A stretch of 64,000 nucleotides of DNA. It comes from Octopus sinensis (lineage: Eukaryota). Where the stretch lies: assembly GCF_006345805.1 (NCBI RefSeq), contig NC_043007.1:70990001-71054000 (forward strand), given 5' to 3'. Within the stretch, counting starts at the first letter, position 1; every line of letters starts with the position of its first letter. A program made the translations under genes and the position numbers. A model generated the notes under the pieces. That model was not told where the DNA came from and searched no databases. It worked only from the letters and a program-made list of their open reading frames with translations. Below, piece after piece: positions 13,365 through 23,785 of the stretch.

Positions 13365-13890
13365 ACTAATTTGATGAACAAGTGAGTCATTTGATTGAAC
13401 ACCTGTTCAGGTGGTTCAGTTAATTGAACACCTGAACAGTTGATTCACTTGACTGAACACCTGAACAAGTGATTCATTTGATTGAACATCTGAACAGGTA
13501 ATTTACTTGAATGATCACCTGGACAGGGAATTCAATTGATTGAACACCTGAACAGGTGATTCAGTTGATTGAACACCTGAAGAAGTGATTCAGTTGATTG
13601 AACACATGAAGAAGTGATTCAGTTGATTGAACACCTGAACAGGTAATTCATTTGATTGAACACCTGAACAGTTGATTCCCTTGAGTGAACACCTAAACAA
13701 GTGATTCTTTTGACTGAACATCTGAACAGGTGATTTACTTGAGTAAACACCTGGACAGGGAATTCAGTTGATTGAACACCTGAACAGGTGATTCAGTTGA
13801 TTGAACACCTGAAGAAGTGATTCAGTTGATTGAACACCTGAACAGAGAATTCATTTGATTGAACACCTGCACAGGTGATTCAGTTGAATG
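13365..13890. repeat. 29-bp minisatellite, ~18 units, with 232-bp (8-unit) higher-order structure
   Basis: Consensus gattgaacacctgaacaggtgattcagtt (copies at 13538 and 13567). Diagnostic variants recur 232 bp apart: cacctggacaggga at 13516/13748 and catctgaacagg at 13487/13719. Confidence 0.92.
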
Positions 13891-14140
13891 AAGATTTGAA
13901 TAACTCTCTACCCAAACTATCAGGTAACCATTTAATTCTTCTATGTGTTCTTTTAATGAAGAATTCTGTGTCAGTCTGAGAATATCTGCTGAAGCAGAGT
14001 CTTAATAAAACATGCAAATGGGAAGTGAAGGCCTTCATTAATTTTGTTTCTGTAATAGAGAACCAACTGTATATTTTGAAGAAGTAAGAAATGTGTCTTA
14101 TAATGAAAGTTCATCGATATTTTGTTTGTCTTTTATTTAG

Positions 14141-14296
14141 GGATATCCTGTCCATGTTCCTCTTGAAAAATTTCTTGCCCAATATTCCTGCCTTCTTGAA
14201 GACAAAGATCCTTCATTGGATGATCGAGCCCATGTTATCAAAATCATGACAGGATTGTCCTTACCAAAAACAGAATGGCAAGCTGGCAAAACAATG
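14141..14296 (+). CDS. Unconventional myosin motor-domain exon (converter region), same gene
   Basis: Acceptor ttttgtttgtcttttatttag, donor ATG|gtaaat; 156 nt = GYPVHVPLEKFLAQYSCLLEDKDPSLDDRAHVIKIMTGLSLPKTEWQAGKTM, matching GYPxR..F..RY and WQxGKTK(VF). Confidence 0.94.
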
Positions 14297-14499
14297 GTAA
14301 ATAGCATTTCTTTTACATTTTCTTTTGAAAATTTTTGACAGCTGCAAAAAAAAAAATCTTTATAATGCAAACTATATGTTCTTGTGTAACCCTGAGTCAG
14401 CTCTGTGATTCAACAACAGAATTATGATTACCAAAATAGCTGCTGTAGTCACCCAGTGGTTTTGTATAGCTATGACTACATTATACTGGTGCCATGTAA

Positions 14500-14821
14500 A
14501 AAGCATCTGTACTGGTGCCTCATATAAATCACCTGTGCTAGTGCCATGCATAAAACACTTGTGTCACGTACCAAGCTCCCATGCTGGTACCACATTTAAA
14601 GTACTTATGTTGGTGTTATGTTTAAAGCACCCAGTGCACTCTGTAAAGTGGTTGGCATTAGGAAGAACATCCAGCCATAGAAATCATATCAAAACAGACA
14701 ATTGGAGCCTGGTGCAGTTCTCTGGCTGACCAGTTTCTGTTAAAGTGTCCAACTCATGTTATCATGGAGAACAGACATTAAATGATGACGATGATAATGG
14801 TGATAATGATGATGATGATGG

Positions 14822-14856
<35 letters not shown>

Positions 14857-14860
14857 GTGA
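14500..14860 (+). mobile_element. Family C element with (GAT)n tail
   Basis: aaagtggttggcattaggaagaacatccagcc...acagacattaaatgatgacgatgat. Confidence 0.75.
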
Positions 14861-14976
14861 AAATGATGGTGGCTACATTGTCCAATGTGTTCTCTTTGTC
14901 TCATGATGACAGAATAGGATTTCAGGGAGATTTAACTGATATTTCTAGCCTGGTGAGCATATCTGAGCAGGGGCAA

Positions 14977-15135
14977 CGGCCTTTTGGCTAAGATCAAAGT
15001 GTAGTATCTGTTCTTATCAGTTTAATATCTGATATGGTCCCTTTTTGGGACCATCAATATTAAACTGATTTTTAGAACAAAGCGAAGAGTTAGGGGTTTG
15101 CTCCGCCTTTGTCACGGGTTGGCTTGGTATAGCAG
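14977..15135 (+). pseudogene. U2: U2 snRNA retropseudogene, truncated at both ends
   Basis: cggccttttggctaagatcaaagtgtagtatctgttcttatcagtttaatatctgata matches U2 from about nt 10 (one extra A); stem IIb, Sm-like site gatttttag and stem III follow. First ~9 nt and the 3' end of stem IV are missing. Flanked by agcaggggcaac at 14966-14977 and 15131-15142. Confidence 0.93.
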
Positions 15136-15264
15136 GGGCAACAGTATCAGAGAATTTGTGGTGGTGGCTAGATTTGGATTGGATCTAGAAGGATGAATAA
15201 GAAAGAATTAAGAAAGAGAGAAATGATACTGGGCAAGGTTGGTTAGGGGACAGTAGTATGAGCT

Positions 15265-15296
<32 letters not shown>

Positions 15297-16828
15297 TGTT
15301 GTTGACACAGCAGCAGCAGCAGTAGTAGTAGTCTTAGTAGTTTAGCTAAGATCAGCTTAATGGTGGTTCTAATTGTGACCATCCTGTCTTTTTGTAAATC
15401 AATGGCTACAATGTCTAATATATCCTTCCAATTATATTAAGACAGTAAAGTGTGATTTGAGGAAAATTTAGCTACTATTATTAGCAGTTCCAGTATGATC
15501 ATGTAGATGGTCTCTCATTGGCTTGGCATCACAGAATTTCTTGTGTTTACTAAATTTTGATCAGATATTGAAAGGTGTGCTGCATTAAATAAATTGAAAT
15601 AAAAAAGAAGAAAAAAGTTAAGAGACACATATATATGGTGAAAGTAAAATATTTACTAAAAATTCTACTGTTTGAAATGTAGTTATTTCGGTGATTTGTC
15701 TGAAATACTAATCTGTTTGATGCTTCACACATGATAGACAATATCATATACCTCCGGCAATACTTTCTGTAATGCTATTTACACTTTAATAATAAACCAT
15801 TTGAAGAACTCTGTAGAGATTGGTATATTTTATAATCCAACCAACCAAACTTTATTTTATAATCCAATTATTGTGGATAATAATTGCTTCCATTACTGTT
15901 ATCCTCAATAGTCTCTTTAAGTCCTTTTACATTCTTCTTACCAACTTTAAACATTTTTTTAATATAAATTCTTTATCCATTTGTGTTCTCTTTGTTTTCT
16001 TTCTCTCTTCTTTTTCTCCCTCTTCATTTACATCTATGATTTCCTCCATTACTTCCTTTTTGTTCTCTTTTCCTGCTGCTGCTACTACTACTACTACTGC
16101 TACTACTACTACTTCAATAAACAACACCTCATTGCAATTATCCAATTGCATTATTGAAGACTCTTCTAGTTGATTCCACACTTATATTAGAGCTTTACCT
16201 CTTACCATATTCTTCAATTGTCTTTGTTAATACTGACAAAGGATCATCTATGTGCTTACCTTACTTGCTAGAAATAACAGTCAAATCTCCCTAAAATCAC
16301 AGCCAACAATCTTAAAAAAACAAAAGATAGATGTATGGGTGATGTGTTCCCTACACACTGTGTCTTGTCCCAATAAAGATGTAAGGGTTACAACCAAAAT
16401 GTCTTCGATTCTAGATTGGCTGGATCATTGTAGACCTAGGGCTAAACTCAAGCAGGACACTCCTTTTGTAAATAAGTCAACTTTTTGCTTATATAAAGAA
16501 ATACTAACATTCAAAGAGTTATAGTACTGGCTGCTTCCATAAAGAATTTTTTGTTGGCAATCATACAAGTGTCTTTTTCAACTAATAAAATAGTTGAAGT
16601 GACTAAGTTAACACCATTTCATGCATCTATGAGCAGATGTTACCCCACCCTTGCTATATAATTCTATCAACATATATCACCTTCTCACCCCCATGAACTC
16701 ATCTTTTGTCCGTCTTTTTATTTATTACACTGTAACATTTATCTTTTAGGAATCTTGCCACTATGCTAGAAATCAGTGTGGTTGTATATACACTGAACTA
16801 GAACATATAATTTCCATTTTGTTTTCAG

Positions 16829-17587
16829 TTTTCATTACTTGTTTCAGTCATTAGACTGTGGCCATGCTGGGGGCTCTGCCTCAAAACATTCTTAATTGAA
16901 TGGATCAACTCCAGTACTTTTTATTGCTTTTAAAACCTGGTGCATATTCTATCAGTCTGCTTTGCCAAACTGCTAAGTTATGGGGATGTAAACACACCAG
17001 CACAGTTGCCAAGCAGTGGTGGGGAGAAACAGATACAAAGACACGCACACGCGTGTACACACACACACACACACACATATTACCGTGACCGACCAGGTTA
17101 TCAGATATTGCTGCACATCGCTGGTCACAATGTGCTTCATATTGTTTTAGCCTTCAAATGACGCCACCCCACTGGCTAAGCAAGCAGGCCAATATATATA
17201 TAATGTGACTGTGTGTGTACCGTTGGTGATTTTTTTCCCTCTGTCTTCCCTTCTTTGGATCTTTCCTTTTCCTATGTTTCTGACGAAGAGCTCCACTCGA
17301 AACATTAAATCCTCCTTCTTTCTTTCCTTTCCTGAGTGTCCAATTGTTCCATGTCCTCGCGTTGTTGTGTTTTCTCTTTGTGTTGTCATGTTTGGATTAA
17401 CTATATATATATATATATATATAATGATGTGCTTCTCTTAGTTTCTGTCTACTATATCCACTTACAAGGCTTTGGTTGGCCTGATTCTGTAGTAGATGAT
17501 GCTTGCCCAAGTTGTCACTCTGTGAGACTTGAACCCAGAACCATGCGGTTGAGAAGCAAGCTTCTTACTACACAGCCATGCCTGTGC
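16829..17587 (-). mobile_element. SINE family A with two secondary insertions in its central microsatellite
   Basis: Tail ~16829-17035 and head ~17430-17587 on the minus strand; between them a family E fragment (~17082-17190) and a hammerhead-bearing repeat (~17200-17400). Confidence 0.8.
17200..17400 (+). mobile_element. Short repeat carrying a minimal hammerhead-ribozyme-like motif (Penelope-like pLTR remnant)
   Basis: CTGACGA-A-GAG-ctcca-CTC-GAAA-CATT at 17280-17306; a paralogous copy lies at ~59363-59550. Confidence 0.65.
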
Positions 17588-17677
17588 TTTGTTGAATGCA
17601 TAATTTATTACAAAACAAGACTGCTGCTACAAAAGAAAATATATTGCAAAATGAACTAGGTAGGCAAAGTGTTAAAA

Positions 17678-18242
17678 GAAAGCTCAGCTGTGAATGGGTT
17701 TTTTTATCCCAAAACTTCATCTAACAACCTCTTTAGCCAACAGCTATCTCTACTGAACTTCCATTATGAATAATGCAATAATTGCTGTTTTGAAGCCCGT
17801 TATCCTGACAAGTTTCCTGAAAGAGGTTAAGAGGATCATTTAGAAATTATTATGAAATATCATTTCTATCTTATTCATTTAAAATTACAAACAAATTAAA
17901 AACGTTTGAAGGAAAAGGATAAAAATCTAATTTCATTATTCTTTTTAATCAGATAATGTAGTTTAAGTTTTCTTGTTATTTTTATATATTTAATTTATAC
18001 TGTTGTTTCTTAGTTGTTTGTTGTGGATGAGATGTGATTAATAAGCATGGAAACTGAACTTGAAATACAATTTTCTCTCTTATTAACTTGAATGCCTCAG
18101 TAGAAATCAAATTGTTAGCATGTCTTGAATAGTCCTTTGACTTGGTTAATCTGGTGGCAAAACGAAAAATATATCAAAGCTGTCTACTAAATTTGTTGCA
18201 TTAGATAAATATACAAATATATGATAACAATGATAATGATAT

Positions 18243-18273
<31 letters not shown>

Positions 18274-18560
18274 AAACTGAGTGATTAAAGAACAGCGAGG
18301 TAGGCAACAACAACAACAACAACAACAATATCAACAACAGCTGCAGAAATAATTGCATGAAATAACGACTTTCGAAAGCCAAATAAGGTGATTTCTGAAC
18401 GAGAAAACTAATTAATGAAAAGAGAGGTTGAGTTGTCAGTTTAATTGATGTACAGGATATTACTGGTACATATTTTATTGAAACAAGGAATATATGACAT
18501 AACTTTTACAACACTAACAATAACAAACATGATTGTTACAGCATAAACAACATTCACAGC
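17678..18560 (+). repeat. Local duplicated segment, copy 1 (copy 2 at ~20481-21420)
   Basis: Collinear similarity from agaaagctcagctgtgaa through gtttaattgatgtacag in both copies. Confidence 0.85.
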
Positions 18561-18612
18561 TGTTGCAAGAGTAACAGCAACCCACGTAGGTGTGTTAAAT
18601 ATGGCAGTATAA

Positions 18613-18833
18613 CCCTTTCGCTACCAACCCGGCTGAAACTGGCCCTGGCTCTGTGTACAAATGTCTTGTTTGCATAAGTTTTGAATTAAAATCTTCCACC
18701 AAACCTTAGTCACAATTTATATTCCTAACCCTAGATGAATGATAACTAAGTTATTTTACTAAATTCTTTGTTGTATTTAAAATTAATTGAAAGAAACACA
18801 GAGCATCTCAAAATAAATACAGTAACGAAAGGG
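18613..18833. mobile_element. piggyBac-like MITE
   Basis: Ends CCCTTTCGCTAC...GTAACGAAAGGG; flanks ATAA/TTAA. A related inverted copy lies at ~27320-27805. Confidence 0.7.
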
Positions 18834-18999
18834 TTAATAATGTTGTTTTTAATAAGGTGCTTTATTAAGGTTAGTCTGATGTGGCATCTCGCATCTCCTG
18901 TCTCCTGTCCATGACATAGTCAACTAGATGCCAATGTTTGCTGCATGGATGCATCCAGGAAGCAAACATTGGCATCCTGCATGGATGCATCCAAGATGT

Positions 19000-19400
19000 A
19001 TTTTTGTGGTTGAGCAAGAGAAACATTGTGTTGGTGATCAACAGGTCATCTGTTGCATAGGCCTTCAGCAGTAGATAACAGTTGTCGTTGCTCTTTCCTA
19101 CTCCATTTCTCCCAGTGACTCCCTCCCATGTCTGGTAGTCTGTACCAACTCAGGCATTGAAGTTGCTTTCCTGCCTGGTGAAGCTGCACCAACAAGGGTG
19201 CTGACTCCTACAACCAGAACAGAATTGCAGATTGGAAGTGTTATCATGTACATTGTTTTGTCTTGGTATAAAAGATGAGCTACAGTAAATATTCTGCTCA
19301 GTGTCACAGATTTGCTTGTCAGTTGTTTGACCATAACCAGTTGAGCATGTCACTTGGTGGCTGACGATATGTGCATCTCTGGTCACGAGCAGAAGTAGTA
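19000..19400 (-). mobile_element. RTE LINE endonuclease fragment
   Basis: Minus-strand translation NFNA*VGTDYQTWEGVTGRNGVGKSNDNCYLLLKAYATDDLLITNTMF matches the RTE APE motif GDFNARVG...LLITNTVF. Confidence 0.82.
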
Positions 19401-19774
19401 GGGGAGAATCATAGCCATGTGTTGAGAGGGAATCTTTGGGGGTTTGTATAATTCACTCTGGAAACACGGCTGTTTCATTCATCATTCTTAAGCAAACCTT
19501 ATTCAGAGGGCTTTTGAGTGGGATGGTCTACTCAACCTGAAGAAAATTCTAACTGGGTCCCACCTGCAAAGTCATGCACTGTTTATCTTGATATAAGATC
19601 AACATGTCGTGCACATATGTTTGCGATGCATGTGCCTGGTGTTTCCTTATTAGACAGGTAGTCATGATGGGTATATTGGGCTTCATATAAGTGTGCCCCT
19701 GTGTCACTTTGATGGCATGCACTGCTCTCTCCCAATAACAATAACAACAACAACAACAGTAATAATGATAATAA

Positions 19775-19984
19775 TGATTTCAAATTTTGACACAAAGCCA
19801 ACAATTTCAAGGAGGGGATAAATAAATTACATCAACCCCCAGTGTTGAACTGGTACTTATTTTGTTGATTTTTAAAGGATGAAAGGCAAAGTTGTCCTCA
19901 GTGGAATTTGAACTCAGTATGTAATGCTGGACAAAATGCTGCTAAGCATTGCTTGGCATGTTAATGTTTCTGCCAGCTTGCCAC
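19775..19984 (-). mobile_element. SINE family B copy
   Basis: Reverse-complement family B (ggatgaaaggcaaagttg...ctgccagcttgccacc). Confidence 0.8.
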
Positions 19985-19999
19985 CTAATAATAATAATA

Positions 20000-20032
<33 letters not shown>

Positions 20033-20059
20033 TGATGATGATGATAAATCTGCAATAAA

Positions 20060-20260
20060 TCTGCACTGAACAGCTAGGATTTTGAGATTGGTACTTCGAT
20101 GTTGGATGTCTCCCACAATAATTAACAACCAAGTACCAAAGCTTATAATGTGTGGAAAGAGATCCCATGAGACGTCTGATAGCAGGCTGCTGTCCACTCT
20201 AACAGAATCTACCAGAGCAAACAAGATTGAGTGCGCTGAGAAGTAAAACAATAATAATAA
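20060..20260 (+). mobile_element. Possible 3' end of a restriction-like-endonuclease LINE (R4/NeSL-like)
   Basis: (TAA)n/(GAT)n, then ctgcactgaacagctaggattttgagattggtactt, resembling LLGTARILRxVL; (AAT)n tail. Confidence 0.4.
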
Positions 20261-20480
20261 TAATCCAATGAGAAAGTATTCGATATGGCTGTATTTAATA
20301 AGACAATGTTTAGTAGCACTGTATTTAGTAGCACAGTGTTTAGTAATGCAGTGTTTTATGAGGCGGCCCTAATATGGCTGTGTAAAATAAAGTGACAATG
20401 AACATGGTGACAATGATGATGTTGATAATGTCAGTGATGATACATGTTAAATTTCTTTTGTCGTGGTACAATGATTTAAG

Positions 20481-21420
20481 AGAAAGCTCAGCTGTGAACT
20501 AAGCTTTTGAACCTATTTCTCCCAGAATTTCATCTAACAACCTGTTTAGCCAACAGCTATCTCTGCTGAACTTCCAGTACGAATAATGTAATAATTACTT
20601 TTTTTGAAGTCTGTTATTTGACATGCTTCCTGAAGCAAGTTATGAGGATTATCTGGAAATTATTATAAAATACCAATCCTGTTATTCGTTTAAAACTACA
20701 AAACAAACTAAAAAAATGTTTGAAGGAAAAGGAAAAAAAAAATCTAATTTCATTATTCTTATTAATCAGATAATGTAGTCTAAGGTTTTCTTGTTTTGTT
20801 TTATATTTAATTTATACTGTTGTTTCTTAGTTGTTTGCTGTGGATGCGATGTGATTAATAAGCATGGAAACTGAACTTGAAATACAATTTTCTCTCTTAT
20901 TAACTTGAATGCCTCAGTAGAAATCAAATTGTTAGCATGTCTTGAATTGTCCTTTGATTTTGTTAATCTGGTGGCAAAGCAAACGTATATCAAAGCTGTT
21001 TACTAAATTTGCTGCATTAGATAAATATACAAATATATAATAACAATAATAATAATAATAATAATAATGATAATAATAATAATAATAATGATAATAATAT
21101 ACTGTGTGATTAAAGAACAGTGAAGCAGGCTACAACAACAACAGCAACAGCAGAAGTAATTGCATGAAATAAAGACTTTCGAAAACCAAATAAGGTGATT
21201 TCTGAATGAGAAAACTAATTGATGAAGAGTGGGGTTGTGTTGTCAGTTTAATTGATGTACAGTATATTACTGGTACATACTTTGTTGCAATCTTATTGGA
21301 TTAAAAACTGGAACAGATAACCTCAACCTCAACAACAACGACAATAACAACATCAACAATATTATTAACACTAAGCGCATTGTACACCCAGCTATTACAA
21401 CACTGACAACAACAGCAACA
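20481..21420 (+). repeat. Local duplicated segment, copy 2
   Basis: Collinear with 17678-18560; internal microsatellite is (AAT)n here and (GAT)n in copy 1. Confidence 0.85.
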
Positions 21421-22574
21421 ACAATAAATGTAGCTGTTACAGCAACAATACCATCACCACAACTACTACCGACACTATCACCACGACCGCTGAATGGTAT
21501 TATGGCTACCAACAACACCAAAGACCACCACCATTATCATCACTACAACGACTGCCACACCCTCACCCTCACCACTATCACTTCCACCACCACCACCACC
21601 ACTGAATGGTATTATGGCTACCAACACCACCAAAGACCACCACCATTGCCATCACTACAACCACTGCTACACCCTCACCCTCACCACCACTTCCATCACC
21701 ACCATCACCTCCACTACCAGGGCCACCACCACCACCAAGACCACCACTGCCACTGCCACCACTGCCACTGCCACCACTGCTTGTAGCAACAGCAACAATA
21801 GTTCATCAGGATCAATTAATTATTATTTCTACAATCAACTCTCAACATGGATCCTTTCATTGTTTTCCATCACAGTTTCCAATTAAAGAGGTTTTGCTGC
21901 CATTGTTTGTTTTTCACATCTTAGTGCATTGGTTATGTGTTTAATTAGTGCTGGTGGTGAATACACCACTACAGTGGTGGTGGTGGGGGGGGGGCAGAAG
22001 CTGTGGAAGAGAGAGAGAGAGAAAAAGTAGATGGCTCTTACATACACTGACGTAGAGAATAACAACATACACACATACTCATACACAGACACACACACAA
22101 ACTCATCTGAGTAGAGACATTTATTAGTGCTGCTCTTGATTCACGCACACACATACACACATGCATATACACACACACTCACTCACATGTGCACACATTA
22201 ATTTTTAGTGGAGTGTATACAACACATTCCCAATATCAAGCTTCCACATACATATACATTTTTCAGACACATACACACACATGAAGAGAGAGGTATTTAT
22301 TATTGTTTCGTACAGACATACGCATACCTTTTTCAGACACATACACATACACATTAAGACAGAGGTATTTATTATTGTTTTGGACAGACATACGCATACA
22401 GCGATAACTTGACTCACATTCAACTTATGTATATATGAACACACACACACACTAGCAGACAAACATACATACATAGACACTGTAGCAGACACATTGTAGC
22501 AGCATTTCATTCACGCATTCTCTCATACATGAGCAACAATATATACAAGCTGATACACATTAACAAACATACAC

Positions 22575-22800
22575 AGCTGGCAGAAATGTTAGCATGCCGG
22601 GAGAAATACCTAGCGGTATTTCGTCTGTCTTTACGTTCTGAGTTCAAATTCCACCGAGGTCGACTTTGCCTTTCATCCTTTCGGGGTTAATAAATACAGT
22701 ACCAGTTTCACACTGGGGTCGATGTAATCGACTTAATCCCTTCGTCTGTTCTTGTTTGTCCCCTCTATGTTTAGTCCCTTGTGGGTAGTAAAGAAATATA
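22575..22800 (+). mobile_element. SINE family B copy
   Basis: agctggcagaaatgttagcatgccggg...gaggtcgactttgcctttcatcctttcgggg...gtgggtagtaaagaaata. Confidence 0.9.
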
Positions 22801-23048
22801 TACATTCTTTTGCAAGTAGATGGCTCTGTGGTTAACAAGTTTGCTTCACAACCATGTGCTGTGGGTTCATTCCTATCTGAAAGCACCTCGGACAAATGTC
22901 TTCTACTATAGATGATAGTCCTTAGTTGACATACTTTGTAAACAAGATTTTTTAGATAGGGACTGTTAAGAAGCTGTTGTGTGTGTGTGAATATATATAT
23001 CTCTCTCTTGCTCTTGCTCTCTGTACTGTATGTATATACAATATATAT

Positions 23049-23257
23049 GGAGGTGCAATGGCCCAGTGGATAGGACAGCGGACTTGCAGTTATAGGATCG
23101 TGGTTGTGATTCCCAGACCGGGCGTTGTAAGTGTTTATTGAGCAAAAAAGTTCCATGAGCTTTGAGTATTTTCGCTCACAATGCCCGGTCTGGGAATTGA
23201 AACTGTGATCCCATGACAGCAAGTCCACTGCCCTAACCACTGGACCATTGCGCATCT
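23049..23257. mobile_element. Two family E tRNA-like SINE heads joined in inverted orientation
   Basis: ggaggtgcaatggcccagtgg...ttcccagaccgggc, then gcccggtctgggaa...ccactggaccattgcgcatct (reverse complement). Confidence 0.8.
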
Positions 23258-23588
23258 GTCCAGTACCTTGAGCAAGAGTCTCCTACTATAATCTTGGACC
23301 AGCCTAGGGCATGTATTTGGTTGACAGAAACTGAAATTGTTCCACTACTATGACAATCAACGTTATTTCTTCAAGTATATGTTTGAAAGCTGAGTCAATG
23401 GAGAGGAATTCTAACTAGATAAAAATCTCCAATGCACAAGTCTTTGATATCCAAGTGGCTAAAATGTGGCCAGCCCCCCTTAGAAGGTAAGAAGTTAAGG
23501 ATCAAGGCACTTGCCTGTGCAGGGTTTCTTCTTGGAAGACTTTCTGCTGTTCAGCTCTCTTGAGAGTTTCTTAACCTACTCTGACATA

Positions 23589-23623
<35 letters not shown>

Positions 23624-23785
23624 TCAAATATAAATTAGAAGCAGCTTGTATATAAACAGCATTCGACCTACTAACAACATAAATACGCCATGTATGTGTG
23701 TTTGATTTTTCTTATGTATGTATGTGTGTGTGTGTGTGTATTCATTCATTCATACATACACATATATGTATGCGTGTGCATATGT

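Noticed and set aside
13365-13890. CRISPR-like array of short palindromic repeats
   Set aside because: No unique spacers, no cas genes, eukaryotic context; it is a minisatellite.
14137-14370. Minus-strand ORF ...WARSSNEGSLSSRRQEYWARNFSRGTWTGYP
   Set aside because: Antisense shadow of the real + strand myosin exon.
14977-15135. Functional U2 gene, or a U2-targeted Keno/Utopia insertion
   Set aside because: Both ends truncated, a TSD flanks the U2 sequence, and no retroelement interrupts it.
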